Source: Nannocystales bacterium (lineage in GTDB: Bacteria; Myxococcota_A; Polyangia; Nannocystales; Nannocystaceae). Taken from it: a stretch of 64,000 bases of DNA. Under the pieces are notes generated by a model that saw only the letters and a list, made by a program, of their open reading frames with translations, was not told the origin of the DNA and made no database searches. The stretch covers positions 320,001 through 384,000 of the forward strand of contig JBOEGF010000005.1 of assembly GCA_050633305.1 (NCBI GenBank), given 5' to 3'. The position numbers and the translations under genes are program-made. Positions 61,912 through 64,000 of this stretch are shown piece after piece (position 1 is the first letter of the stretch; every line of letters begins with the position of its first letter).

Positions 61912-64000
61912 CTACCGCGCCTTGGCGGAGCTCCGGCGGAACACGCCGCTGATGCCCAGCAAGAACTGGGGAGAGTGTGACGCCCCCGCGTCGTCGCTCC
62001 GCTTGAGCACGACGTCACGTAGCCCGGCGCGAACCGCAAGGTTCCTGGTCGCGAAGAACTTGACGCCGCCTCCCCAGTGGAAGCTTGCGTCCGTATCGTC
62101 GCCGAGGACGCTGGGGTCCGAAGTGAGTCCGGTGACGCCACCGCCGAGCAAGACGTAGGGCGTGACGCGGCTGGGCATCTGCGCGATGAGAGATGCGCGG
62201 CCCTCGAACAGCAAAACGTCGCTGCCCTCGCGTAGGCGGGTGGGTGCGAGCCCCCCCTCGAACTCGATACCGAACTGCCGCACGGGGTAGTAGCCAAGCC
62301 GAAGACCGACGTCGGGAGAGACCCGCGCGATCCTCCGGTCGTTGGCCAAGGGGCTGTCGGTGGTCACCAACTCGTGGTTCGTCGACATCGAGATGAAGCC
62401 GCCGTAGACGCCGGCTTCGAACATGTGGGTATCCCGCTTCTTCTCGGGCTCCGGCACGTCGGGCTCCGGCTCGCCGGGTTCGAGGATGGTGACCGGAAAC
62501 TCGGCCAGCGTGACGTCTGTGCCCGCGATGATGATCCCGAATGTCGCAGGGGAGAGGGCGGAGTTGTCTGTGGAAACGTCGACAACCCAGCTTCCGTCGT
62601 CGGTCTTTCGCATCTGGCTCACGTCGAAGCCCGCCGGGGCCTCGACCGCCAGCTCTGCCGGAAGCTGGTCGGCGGAGGAGAGCGCCAGGTCGAGAGTTGT
62701 CGACGAGCCTCGCCGTACGGTGAACGAGCCGGAGCCCTCGCCGTCGGCCTGCGCGACCTTGATCTCGATGACGTCGACCGCGAAGCCTCCCACAGGCTTT
62801 CCTTCCGCGTCCTGGCAACGCACCTGCTGTACGCCAGCCCCGGAGGCGGTCACGGTCGTCGTGAGGTCCTGCGTGCCGAGGCCACACGTGAGCCCTTCAG
62901 GAGCGTCGAATCGAGCGCCTGGGAGCACACGAACCGGCGCCATGGGTTGACCGGCATCGGGCATTGGCACCGGGACCGCGTCCCCCGTGGGAGCGACCAG
63001 GGGTGTGGAGATGACCTTGGTCTTGTACAAGCGCGAAGGCGGACTCTCGAACTTGTCGTCGTCGACGGCGGCGACCGTGGCGAAGTACTCGCCCGTGGGA
63101 AGGCCATGGACCTCAAACGCGGTGGCGCTCTTGGGAACTTGGACGGAGGTCATGATGAACCCTCCTTGCGCCATCCGGCCGACTTCGACGCGGTAGGTCT
63201 CCGCTTTGGGGACGGACTTCCAGCCACCGGCGATCGTCCCTGACGCACCATCGGGGATGAGGAAGGTGCCCGCGTTGTCCGATGCCCAACTTGGGGTGTC
63301 GGGGAGGGGTTTGGGTGGGGTGGGGGCTTTGCCTTTCTTGACCTTGGACCCCATGAGTTCGGGGACATTCGTCGGCTTCCCTCGCTTGCCCGAGCTGACC
63401 TTTGCCTTGCCGCCTCCGTGGTTGGCGACCCGAGACGTGCCCTCCGTGTCGACCGTGATCAGGGCCGAGCCTCCGGTGAGCTCGGTGTTGGCCGATGGGG
63501 TCTCGACCGCGAGAGTCTTCCCTCCTGAGAGTTCTCCTAGCCGGCTACGCAACGCGCCCTTGTCCAGCTTCGCGGTGGTGCTGGTTCGGCGTGCGGCCCC
63601 GTCGGTTCCCCCGTAGATGATGACGAGGGTGTTCTCGCGCATGTAGATGCGCGACGTGTCCCGGAAGGTGACCTCGGCGAACGCTTTTTCGAGCGTGGAG
63701 ACACGCCAGCCCCGGAACAGATCGAAGCCTTGGCCTGCGGTCTTCCATCCGGTGTCCGAGGGCGAGCGCGCTTCCACCTGACGTTCTGATGCCGTGACCT
63801 GGGCGGCGGGCTTGACGGTCTCGCGGGGGAGCTTGAGCACCTCTCCGGCCACCAGCTTGTGTGGCGTCGGGCCCATGTCCGGGTTGTGCTTGTGAATGCG
63901 GTCGTAGGCCTTGCGGCTTCCGAACTCACGCTTCGCGATCTTGGCGCACGAGTCGCCTTCCTTGACGGTGTAGTCGTACAGCTCGACGTCGGAGTCAGGG
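61912..64000 (-). CDS. LysM + FecR + beta-rich domains + C-terminal outer-membrane beta-barrel protein (5' end beyond window)
   Basis: Frame stays open to the edge: YTVKEGDSCAKIAKREFG...HNP...LKLP (LysM); AEVTF.D.S.I.M.ENT (FecR); GLRLGY, PYVLLGGG, WGGGVKF barrel strands. Confidence 0.85.
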   Translation of the reverse strand, partial: PDSDVELYDYTVKEGDSCAKIAKREFGSRKAYDRIHKHNPDMGPTPHKLVAGEVLKLPRETVKPAAQVTASERQVEARSPSDTGWKTAGQGFDLFRGWRVSTLEKAFAEVTFRDTSRIYMRENTLVIIYGGTDGAARRTSTTAKLDKGALRSRLGELSGGKTLAVETPSANTELTGGSALITVDTEGTSRVANHGGGKAKVSSGKRGKPTNVPELMGSKVKKGKAPTPPKPLPDTPSWASDNAGTFLIPDGASGTIAGGWKSVPKAETYRVEVGRMAQGGFIMTSVQVPKSATAFEVHGLPTGEYFATVAAVDDDKFESPPSRLYKTKVISTPLVAPTGDAVPVPMPDAGQPMAPVRVLPGARFDAPEGLTCGLGTQDLTTTVTASGAGVQQVRCQDAEGKPVGGFAVDVIEIKVAQADGEGSGSFTVRRGSSTTLDLALSSADQLPAELAVEAPAGFDVSQMRKTDDGSWVVDVSTDNSALSPATFGIIIAGTDVTLAEFPVTILEPGEPEPDVPEPEKKRDTHMFEAGVYGGFISMSTNHELVTTDSPLANDRRIARVSPDVGLRLGYYPVRQFGIEFEGGLAPTRLREGSDVLLFEGRASLIAQMPSRVTPYVLLGGGVTGLTSDPSVLGDDTDASFHWGGGVKFFATRNLAVRAGLRDVVLKRSDDAGASHSPQFLLGISGVFRRSSAKAR

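Overview
High-GC bacterial chromosomal window that looks myxobacterial (Myxococcota, plausibly Nannocystaceae-like). That call is an inference from five Hanks-type kinase domains, PEGA, TPR and Cys-rich lipoproteins, an FHA-AAA+ regulator and two ECF sigma factors. About 55 genes are present. Housekeeping: phoB(partial)-phoR-phoU, rlmD-like, ldcA-like, secA, ruvX-mltG, apbE, pepP, a Sua5/YciO protein, fabV and an MFS-spermidine synthase fusion. The rest is signalling modules and envelope proteins. No rRNA, tRNA, CRISPR array, transposase or prophage was recognised. Best leads: (1) an unannotated sigma54-type promoter, a ~215-nt structured G-rich ORF-less transcript and an intrinsic terminator at 9734-9976; (2) a second ~117-nt sRNA candidate with C-rich segments at 15548-15664, complementary to G-rich segments of the first; (3) a recurrent TANNNT 6-9 nt before start codons, suggesting widespread leaderless or very-short-leader mRNAs; (4) a translationally coupled kinase/pseudokinase paralog pair with Zn-ribbon, TM and helical tails; (5) unusual domain architectures (TIR-like-TM-DUF1566, ZIP-like+DUF318 permease, FHA-AAA+ lacking GAFTGA, LysM-FecR-beta-barrel). 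All family calls are by-eye motif recognition, and no database search was run.
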